From assembly GCA_033722675.1 (NCBI GenBank), contig JAWVYO010000003.1, positions 1-54,697 on the forward strand: a stretch of DNA of 54,697 nt, written 5' to 3'. The notes beneath the pieces were generated by a model. It was not told where the DNA came from. It was given only the letters and a program-made list of their open reading frames with translations, and ran no database searches. Every line of letters begins with the position of its first letter. Position 1 is the first letter of the stretch. Source of the DNA: Acidimicrobiia bacterium. GTDB lineage: Bacteria > Actinomycetota > Acidimicrobiia > Spongiisociales > UBA11373. The translations under genes were made by a program, and so were the position numbers. Below are positions 31,136 through 41,975 of the stretch, piece by piece.

Positions 31136-31176
31136 CGGGGCGTCCCGGTACCCCGAGCGGACTGGAGATGACCCCG
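31136..31176 (+). ncRNA. Candidate pan-motif-like cis-regulatory hairpin
   Basis: Stem with single bulged A residues (31150, 31166, 31171) that includes the SD GGAG of the first pantothenate gene; -10 TACACT at 31129-31134. Confidence 0.5.
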
Positions 31177-31988
31177 TGGACCTCGTGATCGTCGGCCCCG
31201 GCCGGGCCGGGATGAGCCTCGCCCTCGCCGCCCGCCGCGCCGGCGTCGGGATCGCTGCGGTCGTGGGACGTGACGCCGAAGCCGTCCGTCGCGCTGCCGG
31301 CCGCGTCGACGGTCGTCCCCTCGGACTCGACGAGCCGCTCCCCTCCGCCGATCTCCTCGTCCTGGCCGTGCGCGACGACGCGATCGCCCCCGTCGCCGGG
31401 CGGATCGCACCCCACGCGACGGCGGTGGCCGCTGCCGTGCACCTGTCGGGCCTCGCGCCGGTCGACCGGATCGCGTCGTTGCGCCCCCTGCCCGTCGGCT
31501 CCTTCCACCCCCTCCAGACCCTCCCCGATCCCGAGGCGGGGTCGGAGGCCATCGACGGCGCCTGGGTGGCCGTCACCACCGCCGACGAGGCGCTGGAGGG
31601 CACCCTGCGGTCGTTGGCCGCACGCCTGGGCATGCATCCCTTCGCCCTCGACGACGATGCCAAGCCGCTCTATCACGCGGCCGCGGCGACGGCGGCCAAC
31701 TATCCGCTCGCCGCCCTGGCCATGGCGCAGCGGTTGTACGAAGCCGCCGGCGTCCCCTTCGAGGCGGCCGGGCCCCTGGTGCGGGCCGTGGTCGACAACG
31801 CCCTCGGCATGGGGCCCGAGCGGGCGCTCACGGGCCCCGTCGCCCGGGGCGACCTGAGCACCGTGGCGGCGCAGCTCGAGGCGGTCGCGGACGCTACCCC
31901 CCGGCGCGCCGCCCACATCGCCGCCCTCGCCGCCCTCACCGCCGAGATCGCCGGCACGACCGACGTGCTCGACGAGGTGCTGCCGTGA
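31176..31988 (+). CDS. Rossmann-like + DUF2520 oxidoreductase (PanG-type ketopantoate reductase)
   Basis: IVGPGRAG, LAVRDDAI, HLSG, SFHPLQT, LYHAAA, ALTGPVARGD; immediately upstream of panC. Confidence 0.85.
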   Translation: MDLVIVGPGRAGMSLALAARRAGVGIAAVVGRDAEAVRRAAGRVDGRPLGLDEPLPSADLLVLAVRDDAIAPVAGRIAPHATAVAAAVHLSGLAPVDRIASLRPLPVGSFHPLQTLPDPEAGSEAIDGAWVAVTTADEALEGTLRSLAARLGMHPFALDDDAKPLYHAAAATAANYPLAALAMAQRLYEAAGVPFEAAGPLVRAVVDNALGMGPERALTGPVARGDLSTVAAQLEAVADATPRRAAHIAALAALTAEIAGTTDVLDEVLP

Positions 31989-32875
31989 GGGTCGTGCGTA
32001 CCTTCGCCGCGGCCCGGGACGTGCGTTCGGGGATCGTGGGACTCGTCCCGACCATGGGGTACCTCCACGAGGGGCATCTCGCCCTCGTCCGGGCGGCCGC
32101 CGAGGGGGCGCGAACCGTCGTGGTCAGCCTGTTCGTGAACCCACTCCAGTTCGACGACGCCGACGACCTGGGTCGCTACCCCCGCGACGCCGACCGCGAC
32201 GCCGAACTCGCCGAGGACGCCGGCGCCGACGTGTTCTTCGCGCCGGACCTCGAGGAGATGTACCCGGTCGAGCCGGTCACCCGGGTGCGGCTCGACCCGC
32301 TCACCGACACGATGGAGGGGGCCCATCGGCCCGGGCATTTCGACGGCGTCGCGACCGTGGTGGCCAAGCTGTTCGCCGGCATCCGTCCGGACCGCGCCTG
32401 GTTCGGCCGCAAGGACGCCCAACAGTTCGTGGTGCTCCGGCGCATGGCCGCCGACCTGTCCTTCCCCGTCGAGGTGCTGGCCCACCCGGTGGTGCGGGAG
32501 CCGGACGGCCTGGCGCTGTCGAGCCGGAACGTCTTCTTGTCCGGGGCCGACCGTGCCGCTGCCGTCGGGCTGTCGCGGGGGCTCTTCGCCGCCGCCGACG
32601 ACGCGGCGGCGGGGGAGCGGTCGGGAGCAGCGCTCGAGCGACGGGTGGCCGACGCCGTGCGTGAGGCCGGCGCCGAGCTGGAGTACGCCACCCTGGCGTC
32701 GCGCGACGACTGCTCGATCCTCCCGGCGCTGGATCGGCCGGCCTTCCTCGCCGTCGCCGCCCGGGTGGGCGCCGTGCGGCTCATCGACAACGTCTGGCTC
32801 GAACCCGACGGGAGCGTCGATCGGGGCGAGCGGCTGACCGAGCGCTCGGTGCTCTACGAACGGAGGGACGACTGA
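31985..32875 (+). CDS. panC: Pantoate--beta-alanine ligase
   Basis: VPTMGYLHEGH, FVNPLQF, RPGHFDGVATVV, FGRKDAQQ, REPDGLALSSRN, RLIDN. Confidence 0.97.
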   Translation: MRVVRTFAAARDVRSGIVGLVPTMGYLHEGHLALVRAAAEGARTVVVSLFVNPLQFDDADDLGRYPRDADRDAELAEDAGADVFFAPDLEEMYPVEPVTRVRLDPLTDTMEGAHRPGHFDGVATVVAKLFAGIRPDRAWFGRKDAQQFVVLRRMAADLSFPVEVLAHPVVREPDGLALSSRNVFLSGADRAAAVGLSRGLFAAADDAAAGERSGAALERRVADAVREAGAELEYATLASRDDCSILPALDRPAFLAVAARVGAVRLIDNVWLEPDGSVDRGERLTERSVLYERRDD

Positions 32876-33651
32876 TGCTGCTGGCGATCGACGTCGGGAA
32901 CACCCAGACGGTCATGGGGCTCTTCGAGGGCGACGACCTGGTCGACCAGTGGCGTCTGTCCACCGTCCGGGAGCGCACGGCGGACGAGTACCGCCTCTAC
33001 TTCGCCGGGCTGCTGCGTCAGGACGGCTATCGGTTGTCCGACATCGACGGCACGGCGCTGTCCAGCGTGGTGCCGGAGGTCAAGCAGGCGCTCACCGTCG
33101 TCGCCGAGCGGATGATCGACGGCCCGGTCGTCGTCGTGGGCCCGGGGATCCGCACCGGCATGCCGATCGCCATCGACAACCCCCGGGAGGTGGGCGCCGA
33201 CCGCGTGGTGAACTCGATCGCCGCGGCGGCCCGCCACGGCACGCCGGTGGTGAGCGTCGACTTCGGAACCTCGACGAACATGGACGTCGTCGACGCCTCC
33301 GGTGCCTATGTCGGTGGCGCCATCGCCCCCGGTCTCGAGGTGTCGGAACAGGCGCTCATCGGGCGCGCCGCGGCGCTGCGGAGCGTCGAGTTCGCCGAGC
33401 CACGACATGCGATCGGGCGGAACACGGTGGAGGCCATGCAGAGCGGGCTGCTCTACGGCCACGCCGGGCTGGTGGACGGCATCGTGGCCCGCCTCGTCGA
33501 GGAGGTGGGCGGCGATCCGGTGGTCGTCGCCACGGGTGGGCTCGCCCCTACCATCGTGCCCCTCTGCCGGACCGTCTCGATCGTCGACGAGCGGCTGACC
33601 CTCGACGGTCTGCGCATCGTGTACGAACGCAACCTCGAGGATCTCCCATGA
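32875..33651 (+). CDS. coaX: Type III pantothenate kinase
   Basis: LAIDVGNT, SSVVP, EVGADR, VDFGT, GGAIAPG, ATGG. Confidence 0.96.
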   Translation: MLLAIDVGNTQTVMGLFEGDDLVDQWRLSTVRERTADEYRLYFAGLLRQDGYRLSDIDGTALSSVVPEVKQALTVVAERMIDGPVVVVGPGIRTGMPIAIDNPREVGADRVVNSIAAAARHGTPVVSVDFGTSTNMDVVDASGAYVGGAIAPGLEVSEQALIGRAAALRSVEFAEPRHAIGRNTVEAMQSGLLYGHAGLVDGIVARLVEEVGGDPVVVATGGLAPTIVPLCRTVSIVDERLTLDGLRIVYERNLEDLP

Positions 33652-35132
33652 CCGACGACGCGCCCCTCGACGACGACCGACTGGTGCGGGCGCGCCTCGA
33701 CAAGCTCGAGGCCCTCCGCGAGGCGGGGACCGACCCCTACCCGGTGCGTTTCGAGCGGACCCACTCGGCGGCGGCGATCGCCGAGGCCCACCCCGACCTC
33801 GAACCCGGCGCCGAGACCGGCGAGCGGGTGACGGTGGCCGGGCGCCTCGTCGGGTTCCGCGACATCGGCAAGCTGGCGTTCGGCGTGCTCAACGACTGGT
33901 CGGGGACGATCCAGCTGTTCGTGCAGCGGAACGTGCTGGGCGAGGAGTTCGACGCCTTCGCCGATCTCGACCTCGGCGACTGGGTGGGGGCCACCGGCGA
34001 GGTCATCACGACGCGGCGCGGGGAGCTCAGCGTGCGGGTCGAGTCCTTCGAGCTCCTCGCCAAGGGGCTGCGCCCGCTCCCCGAGAAGTGGCACGGACTC
34101 AAGGACGTGGAGACCCGGTACCGCCGCCGGTACGTCGACCTCATCGTGAACGAGGAGGCGCGCCGGATCGCCCGGGCCAGGTCGGCCGTCGTCGCCTCGC
34201 TGCGGCGGTCCCTCGACGACCGGGGCTTCCTCGAGGTCGAGACCCCCACGCTCCACGGTCGGCCCGGCGGCGCCCTCGCCCGACCCTTCGAGACCCATCA
34301 CAATGCCCTCGGGGTCGACATGTATCTGCGGATCGCCCTCGAGCTGCACCTCAAGCGGCTGGTCGTCGGCGGGATCGAGCGGGTGTACGAGATCGGCCGG
34401 GTGTTCCGCAACGAGGGCGTCTCGCCGCGCCACAACCCCGAGTTCACGATGCTCGAGCTCTATCAGGCCTTCGCCGACTACGGCGACATGATGGACCTCA
34501 CGGAGGCACTCGTGGTGGAGGCCGCCGAGCGGGTCGCCGGCACCACCGACCTCGAGTACGGGGATCGGCCGCTGTCGCTGGCGGCTCCGTGGCGGCGCAT
34601 CGACTACGTCGAGTCGGTCTCCGAGGCCACGGGTGTCGACTGGCGGCTCGACATGCCGCTCGACGAGGCGCGGTCGCGTGCCGGCGAGCACGGGATCGAG
34701 GCCGATCCGGCCTGGGGGGTGGGCAAGATCGTGGCCGAGGTCTGGGAGGCCACGGTGGAGCCGGAGCTGTGGGAGCCGACGATCGTCGTGGACTATCCCG
34801 CCGAGATCTCACCGCTGGCCCGCATGCACCGGTCGAAGCCGGGCGTCACCGAGCGCTTCGAGGTCATCGTCGCCGGCCGCGAGCTGGCGAACGCGTTCAG
34901 CGAGCTCAACGACCCCGTCGACCAGCGCCGCCGGTTCGAGGCACAGGCGGAGGCGCGCGCCGGGGGCGACGACGAGGCCCACCCCGTCGACGAGGACTAC
35001 CTGCGTGCCCTCGAGTACGGGCTCCCGCCGACGGGGGGCATGGGGCTGGGGGTGGATCGCCTCGTGATGCTGCTCACGGGGCAGGAGACCATCCGCGAGG
35101 TGGTCCTGGTCCCCCACCTGCGGCCCGAGTAG
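33648..35132 (+). CDS. lysS: Lysine--tRNA ligase (class II)
   Basis: PLPEKWHGL, YRRRYVDL, LRIALELHLKRL, FRNEG..RHNPEFTMLE, ELANAFSELNDP, GLPPTGGMGLGVDRL. Confidence 0.98.
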   Translation: MTDDAPLDDDRLVRARLDKLEALREAGTDPYPVRFERTHSAAAIAEAHPDLEPGAETGERVTVAGRLVGFRDIGKLAFGVLNDWSGTIQLFVQRNVLGEEFDAFADLDLGDWVGATGEVITTRRGELSVRVESFELLAKGLRPLPEKWHGLKDVETRYRRRYVDLIVNEEARRIARARSAVVASLRRSLDDRGFLEVETPTLHGRPGGALARPFETHHNALGVDMYLRIALELHLKRLVVGGIERVYEIGRVFRNEGVSPRHNPEFTMLELYQAFADYGDMMDLTEALVVEAAERVAGTTDLEYGDRPLSLAAPWRRIDYVESVSEATGVDWRLDMPLDEARSRAGEHGIEADPAWGVGKIVAEVWEATVEPELWEPTIVVDYPAEISPLARMHRSKPGVTERFEVIVAGRELANAFSELNDPVDQRRRFEAQAEARAGGDDEAHPVDEDYLRALEYGLPPTGGMGLGVDRLVMLLTGQETIREVVLVPHLRPE

Positions 35133-35138
35133 GCGGCG

Positions 35139-36140
35139 TCAGGCCGACGCCCGCGCCTGGTCGACGCGATCGACGAGGTAGTCGCCGAGCCGTTTGAAGA
35201 CCTTCGTGATGTCCGTGGAGGGCAGGGCGTCGATGGCATCGGAGGCGGCCCGCATGCGGCGATCGACCTCGGCGAGGGCACGGGCGACGTGGTCGCCGCT
35301 GCGGACGATCTCGAGCACCCGTGCGACGGTCTCGTCGTCGTAGGGGTGGCCGCCCTCGAGGAGCGCCCGGACCTCGGCGCCGTCGGGGCCCTCGAGCGCC
35401 AGGAGCACGGGGAGGGTGTAGGTGCCCTCGCCGATGTCGGACCCCGCCGGCTTGCCGAGGAACTCCTCGGTGGCGACGAGATCGAGGACGTCGTCGGTGA
35501 GCTGGAACACCATGCCCACCTCGAACGCCCAGGCGCTGGCGGCCTCGATGGCATCGTCGGGCGCCCCGGCCGCCATGGCGCCCAGGCGGGCGGCCGTGCG
35601 GATGAGGCTCGCGGTCTTGAGGGCCACCACGCGGAAGTAGCGGTCGGTGCCCTGGTCGAGATCGTCGCCGAGCTGCAGTTCGAGGATCTGTCCCTCGCAC
35701 AGCGCGGCATAGGTCTGGGCGAGCAGGCGAACCGCCTCGGTCCCGAGCGGTGCGGCGATCTCCGACGCCCGGGCCAGCAGGAAGTCGCCGGCGAGGATCG
35801 CGATCGTGTTGTCCCAGTTCGCGTTCACCGAGACCGCACCCCGGCGGGCGTCGGCCTCGTCGATGACGTCGTCGTGGTAGAGGCTGCCGAGGTGGACGAG
35901 CTCGACGGCCACGCCGGCCTCCACGGGACGGTCGCCGTCGTGGTCGCCGAGTTCGGCGGCCACCTGGGCGAGCAGCGGGCGGTAGCGCTTGCCGCCGGCG
36001 CCGATGAGGTGCTGGGCGATCCGCGTGAGGAAGGGATCCTCGGACGCCGAGGCCTCGTACAGACGGCGTTCCACCAGGTCGAGGCGGGCCCACACCCGTT
36101 CCACGGGCACGAGGTCTCGGATGACGGGGCGGTCGGCCAT
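35139..36140 (-). CDS. Long-chain polyprenyl diphosphate synthase (HepT/GrcC-like)
   Basis: [45 protein letters not shown]; small residues before the FARM suggest a long-chain product. Confidence 0.92.
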   Translation of the reverse strand: MADRPVIRDLVPVERVWARLDLVERRLYEASASEDPFLTRIAQHLIGAGGKRYRPLLAQVAAELGDHDGDRPVEAGVAVELVHLGSLYHDDVIDEADARRGAVSVNANWDNTIAILAGDFLLARASEIAAPLGTEAVRLLAQTYAALCEGQILELQLGDDLDQGTDRYFRVVALKTASLIRTAARLGAMAAGAPDDAIEAASAWAFEVGMVFQLTDDVLDLVATEEFLGKPAGSDIGEGTYTLPVLLALEGPDGAEVRALLEGGHPYDDETVARVLEIVRSGDHVARALAEVDRRMRAASDAIDALPSTDITKVFKRLGDYLVDRVDQARASA

Positions 36141-36294
36141 GTCGGGCTCCTGAGCGGAGGGAGGCGGATGCTACCGGGGCGATACCCCCACCATGGATCG
36201 AGGGCGTTTCGCCGTCCGCCCGGTGGGGTATCGGGTTCGCGGAGCCCGCCCGTGGGGCCCCGGCGCCCACCCTCCATCAGTCCGCTCAAGTGCC

Positions 36295-36321
36295 GGAACA
36301 GACGGCCGACGAGTGACGTTG
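36295..36321 (+). promoter_or_regulatory. SigH/SigR-type promoter for clpC
   Basis: GGAAC-N18-GTTG; a second, housekeeping-type -10 (TATAGT) lies at 36375-36380. Confidence 0.72.
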
Positions 36322-36443
36322 GAAGGGGTGCGAGCCCGCGGTTTCATCGACGGTTGGTTCCGCGGGCCCCACGCTATAGTCCGCGAGGCGCCACTTCGCG
36401 GAACCGCGGGGGAGCGCCACACTCGTATCAGGAGTCAGTGACC

Positions 36444-38966
<2,523 letters not shown>

Positions 38967-38982
38967 TCCCGAACGAGTCGTT

Positions 38983-39014
38983 CCGGTCCCGCTCCCTCAC
39001 CGGAGCGGGACCGG
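38983..39014. terminator. Hairpin terminator after clpC
   Basis: Perfect 13-bp stem CCGGTCCCGCTCC / GGAGCGGGACCGG 16 nt after the stop. Confidence 0.65.
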
Positions 39015-39087
39015 TCGCGTCTAGACTCCGTGGGTACGGGGTCCGCGCTGGGCCCCGTCAGGGACTCACTCAAAGGAGCCACATTCC

Positions 39088-40329
39088 ATGCTGAAGAGCA
39101 GACGGTTCGCGCTCGTCGCGCTCCTGGCTGCCTTCGCGCTCGTCGTCGCCGCTTGCGGTGACGACGACGACGCGGGGACCACCACCCAGGCGCCGACGAC
39201 GACGGCTGCCACGACCACGACGACGACGGCCGAGACGACGACGACCACGGCCGCCGCCACGACGACGACGGCCGCACCGACGACCACCACGACGCTCCCG
39301 CCGCCTCCCCCCGAGGCCACGGTCCTGGCCTGCCAGGTGTCCGACACCGGCGGGATCGACGACAAGAGCTTCAACGAGAAGGCCTGGAAGGGTGCTCAGG
39401 ACGCCCAGGCCAAGTACCCGGACCAGGTCGAGATCGAGTTCCTCGAGTCGCAGTCCGCTGCCGACTTCCAGCCGAACATCGAGGCGTTCATCGCCCAGGG
39501 CTGTGACCTGATCACCACGGTGGGCTTCCTGCTCGCCGAGGCCACCGCCAACGCGGCGGCCGCCAACCCCGATCAGCTCTTCGCCATCATCGACCAGGCG
39601 CCGGGCCCGTTCCCGCCGTGGACCGATGGTGACGGCAACAGCATCTCCCCGAACGACTGGCAGAACCTGCGCGGTATCCAGTTCGCCACCGACGAGGCCG
39701 CCTTCCTGGCCGGCTGGGTCGGTGCGGCGATCTCCGAGACCGGCGTCGTGGGCACGTTCGGCGGCATCAACATCCCGCCGGTGACGGTGTTCATGGACGG
39801 GTTCGTCCAGGGCGTCGAGTACTACAACCAGGTGAACGGCACCGAGGTCGTGGCGCTCGGCTGGGACGTCGCCGAACAGGACGGCCTGTTCACCGGCAAC
39901 TTCGAGAGCCTCGAGGACGGGCGTGCCTTCGCCCAGAACCTCGTCGACGAGGGCGCCGACGTCGTCCTCACCGTCGCCGGGCCCGTGGGCCTCGGCTCCG
40001 CCGCCTTCTGCCAGGAGACCGGCGCCTGCGTCATGATCGGCGTCGACGCCGACCAGGCGGTGACGGCTCCGGAGTTCGAGGACACGTTCGTGGTCTCGAT
40101 CGAGAAGAACATGGACGTCGCAGTGCTCAACACCATCGAGAACGTGCTCGTGCTCGACGCAGTCGGCAACGACTTCCTCGGCACGCTGACGAACGGTGGT
40201 GTCGGCCTCTCCGAGTACCACGGTGGCGTGGTGCCCGAGGACGTCCAGGCCGCGGCCGCGCAGCTCGAGGCGGACATCATCGCCGCCGGTGGGCTCGCCG
40301 CCTTCCTCGCCGCCAACGCGGGCGAGTAG
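39088..40329 (+). CDS. BMP-family ABC substrate-binding lipoprotein (nucleoside/purine)
   Basis: Lipobox VAAC, Thr/Pro-rich linker, GGIDDKSFN, AAFLAG; SD AAGGAG; -10 TAGACT at 39022. Confidence 0.92.
   Translation: MLKSRRFALVALLAAFALVVAACGDDDDAGTTTQAPTTTAATTTTTTAETTTTTAAATTTTAAPTTTTTLPPPPPEATVLACQVSDTGGIDDKSFNEKAWKGAQDAQAKYPDQVEIEFLESQSAADFQPNIEAFIAQGCDLITTVGFLLAEATANAAAANPDQLFAIIDQAPGPFPPWTDGDGNSISPNDWQNLRGIQFATDEAAFLAGWVGAAISETGVVGTFGGINIPPVTVFMDGFVQGVEYYNQVNGTEVVALGWDVAEQDGLFTGNFESLEDGRAFAQNLVDEGADVVLTVAGPVGLGSAAFCQETGACVMIGVDADQAVTAPEFEDTFVVSIEKNMDVAVLNTIENVLVLDAVGNDFLGTLTNGGVGLSEYHGGVVPEDVQAAAAQLEADIIAAGGLAAFLAANAGE
39178..39312 (+). repeat. Low-complexity ACG/ACC (Thr) codon tract in the lipoprotein linker
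   Basis: Encodes TTTQAPTTTAATTTTTTAETTTTTAAATTTTAAPTTTTTLPPPPP. Confidence 0.7.
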
Positions 40330-40356
40330 CCGACGACCGACGACATCGACCGGGAC

Positions 40357-40382
40357 AGGGGCCCCTCTCCGGAGGGGCCCCT
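40357..40382. terminator. Intercistronic hairpin after the binding-protein gene
   Basis: AGGGGCCCCTC-TCCG-GAGGGGCCCCT 11-bp stem; typical attenuator/stabiliser after an SBP gene. Confidence 0.55.
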
Positions 40383-40463
40383 CCCGCGTCCGGACGCCGT
40401 CGGCGCGGCGTTCGGCGCTCCGACTAGGCTCCCGCTCGTTCGCCTGAACCGGGAGGAGTCGGC

Positions 40464-41975
40464 GTGGAGCTGGAGCTGCGGGGGATCACCAAGCGCTTCC
40501 CCGGCGTGCTCGCCAACGACAGCGTCGACCTCGTGGCCCGGCCGGGCGAGATCCTCGGGCTCCTCGGCGAGAACGGCGCCGGCAAGACGACCCTCATGAA
40601 CATCCTCTACGGCCTCTACTCGGCCGACGAGGGTGAGATCCTCATCGACGGCGAGGTCCGGCACTTCGAGGGGCCCGGCGACGCCATCGACGCCGGGATC
40701 GGCATGGTGCACCAGCACTTCATGCTCGTGCCCGTGATGACCGTCACCGAGAACGTCGTGCTCGGCGTGGAGCCGACGAACGCCACGGGCGTCATCGACT
40801 ACCGGCGGGCGGAGCGGGAGGTCGCCGAGATCTCCGACGAGTACGGTCTGGCCGTCGACCCCCTCGCCGTCATCGAAGACCTCCCCGTCGGCATCCAGCA
40901 GCGGGTCGAGATCATCAAGGTGCTCTTCCGCGACGCGACGTACCTCGTCTTCGACGAGCCGACCGCCGTCCTCACCCCCCAGGAGGTGGAGGAGTTCTTC
41001 GGGATCATCCGGGGGCTGCGCGACGCCGGCAAGGCGATCATCTTCATCACCCACAAACTCAAGGAGATCCTCGAGATCGCCGACCGGGTGGTCGTCCTGC
41101 GGCGCGGCAGATCGGTGGGCGAGATCGACGACGTCACCTCGGTCGGCGAGAACGACCTCGCCGAGCTCATGGTGGGCCGGCCCGTCGAGCTGACGGTCTC
41201 CAAGGAGACGTCGGCGCCGGGAGACGCCGTCCTCGAGGTCGAGGACCTCCTCGTGGTCGACGAGCGGAACCACCCGGCGGTGAGCGGGGTGTCCTTCGAC
41301 GTCCGGTCGGGCGAGATCGTGGGGATCGCCGGCGTGCAGGGGAACGGTCAGACCGAGCTCGTCGAGGCGCTGACCGGACTCCGCGGGGTCGTGAGCGGCA
41401 CGATCCGCATCGGCGGACGCGACCTCACCGGGGCGACCCCCCGGGAGGTCCACGACGCCGACGTCGCCCACGTGCCCGAGGACCGCCAGCGCATGGGCCT
41501 CGTGCTGCCGTTCACCGTCGCGGAGAACATGATCCTCGACTCGTACTACGCCCCGCCGTTCTCACGCGGCATCGCGATGGACGCCGACGCCATGCGGGAC
41601 ACCGCCCGGGAGCTCGTCGAGCAGTACGACGTGCGGACCCCGAGCATCGAGGTGCCGCTGTCGAACCTCTCGGGCGGGAACCAGCAGAAGGTGATCGTCG
41701 CCCGGGAGTTCAGCCGCGACGTGAAGCTCGTGATCGCCTCCCAGCCGACCCGGGGTCTGGACGTCGGTTCCATCGAGTACATCCACTCGCGGATCGTGGA
41801 GGAGCGCGATCAGGGAGCCGCGGTCCTGATCGTGTCGACGGAGCTCGACGAGGTCATGGCCCTCGCCGACCGGCTCCTCGTCATGTACCGGGGAGCGATC
41901 GTCGCCGAGCTCGATCCCCGTGAGGTCACGAACGCCGACGTCGGGCTCTACATGGCGGGGGCGCAGCCGGCATGA
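40464..41975 (+). CDS. Nucleoside (CUT2/NupA-like) ABC ATPase, double domain
   Basis: GENGAGKTT, GMVHQHF, DEPT, VPEDR, LSGGNQQK, QPTRGLD. Confidence 0.93.
   Translation: MELELRGITKRFPGVLANDSVDLVARPGEILGLLGENGAGKTTLMNILYGLYSADEGEILIDGEVRHFEGPGDAIDAGIGMVHQHFMLVPVMTVTENVVLGVEPTNATGVIDYRRAEREVAEISDEYGLAVDPLAVIEDLPVGIQQRVEIIKVLFRDATYLVFDEPTAVLTPQEVEEFFGIIRGLRDAGKAIIFITHKLKEILEIADRVVVLRRGRSVGEIDDVTSVGENDLAELMVGRPVELTVSKETSAPGDAVLEVEDLLVVDERNHPAVSGVSFDVRSGEIVGIAGVQGNGQTELVEALTGLRGVVSGTIRIGGRDLTGATPREVHDADVAHVPEDRQRMGLVLPFTVAENMILDSYYAPPFSRGIAMDADAMRDTARELVEQYDVRTPSIEVPLSNLSGGNQQKVIVAREFSRDVKLVIASQPTRGLDVGSIEYIHSRIVEERDQGAAVLIVSTELDEVMALADRLLVMYRGAIVAELDPREVTNADVGLYMAGAQPA

Noticed and set aside
36200-36440. 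ClgR/HspR/CIRCE operator upstream of clpC
   Set aside because: GTTCGC at about 36235 is not followed by the N5-GCG half-site, and I found no HAIR or CIRCE inverted repeat.
35289-36443. Apparent 385-aa N-terminal extension making ClpC 1225 aa
   Set aside because: It is the antisense frame of the polyprenyl synthase plus the promoter region; the SD and the conserved FERFT start fix the start at 36444.
39066-39374. 102-aa Val-rich minus-strand ORF resembling a membrane protein
   Set aside because: It is the antisense reading of the Thr-codon tract in the BMP lipoprotein.
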